Below are positions 63,912 to 64,000 of a stretch of DNA of 64,000 nt, piece after piece; the stretch's first letter is position 1; every line of letters begins with the position of its first letter. Below the pieces are notes generated by a model that ran no database searches, was not told the origin of the DNA, and worked only from the letters and a program-made list of their open reading frames with translations. The DNA comes from Octopus sinensis (taxonomy: Eukaryota). The DNA lies in the NCBI RefSeq assembly GCF_006345805.1, contig NW_021834787.1:6829-70828 (forward strand), given 5' to 3'. The position numbers and the translations under genes are program-made.

Positions 63912-64000
63912 ATAGAAAGAAAGAAAGAAAGAAAGAAAGAATGAAAGAAATGGAAGAAAATGGAAAAGGAAGTTTCTTTGTTAAACAACTTAAGTTCTTT

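Overview
Eukaryotic, AT-rich, microsatellite-saturated genomic DNA. The tRNA-headed SINE families resemble those I recall from octopus; this is recognition from memory, not a database match. No intact host gene is supported, only one plausible minus-strand micro-exon at ~33.1-33.2 kb. The window is a transposon landscape. (i) A near full-length R4/Dong-clade RLE non-LTR element in (TAA)n at 5.2-9.1 kb. (ii) A head-to-tail array of three Tx1/L1-clade elements in (TATC)n, joined by microhomology deletions, at 39.2-51.1 kb. (iii) Four Penelope-like (PLE) RT/GIY-YIG remnants and many solo or inverted pseudo-LTR remnants next to (TA)n. (iv) A complete-TIR mariner, CR1/RTE/Tx1 fragments, and several SINE families. 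(v) Two copies of a MITE with a 6-bp TSD that carries telomeric (CCCTAA)n. The strongest hidden signal is a set of about ten type I hammerhead-ribozyme motifs in the pLTR remnants, folded by eye. They have palindromic helix III and all three 3-8 core pairings (C3-G8, U3-A8, G3-C8). Also notable: an intron-bearing tRNA-Lys-like pseudogene, a SINE whose 3' tail matches the Tx1 3' end, and repeated fold-back 5' inversions. Nearly all ORFs in the supplied track outside the retroelements are microsatellite translation artefacts. Boundaries of degenerate SINE, LINE and inverted-repeat remnants are approximate.
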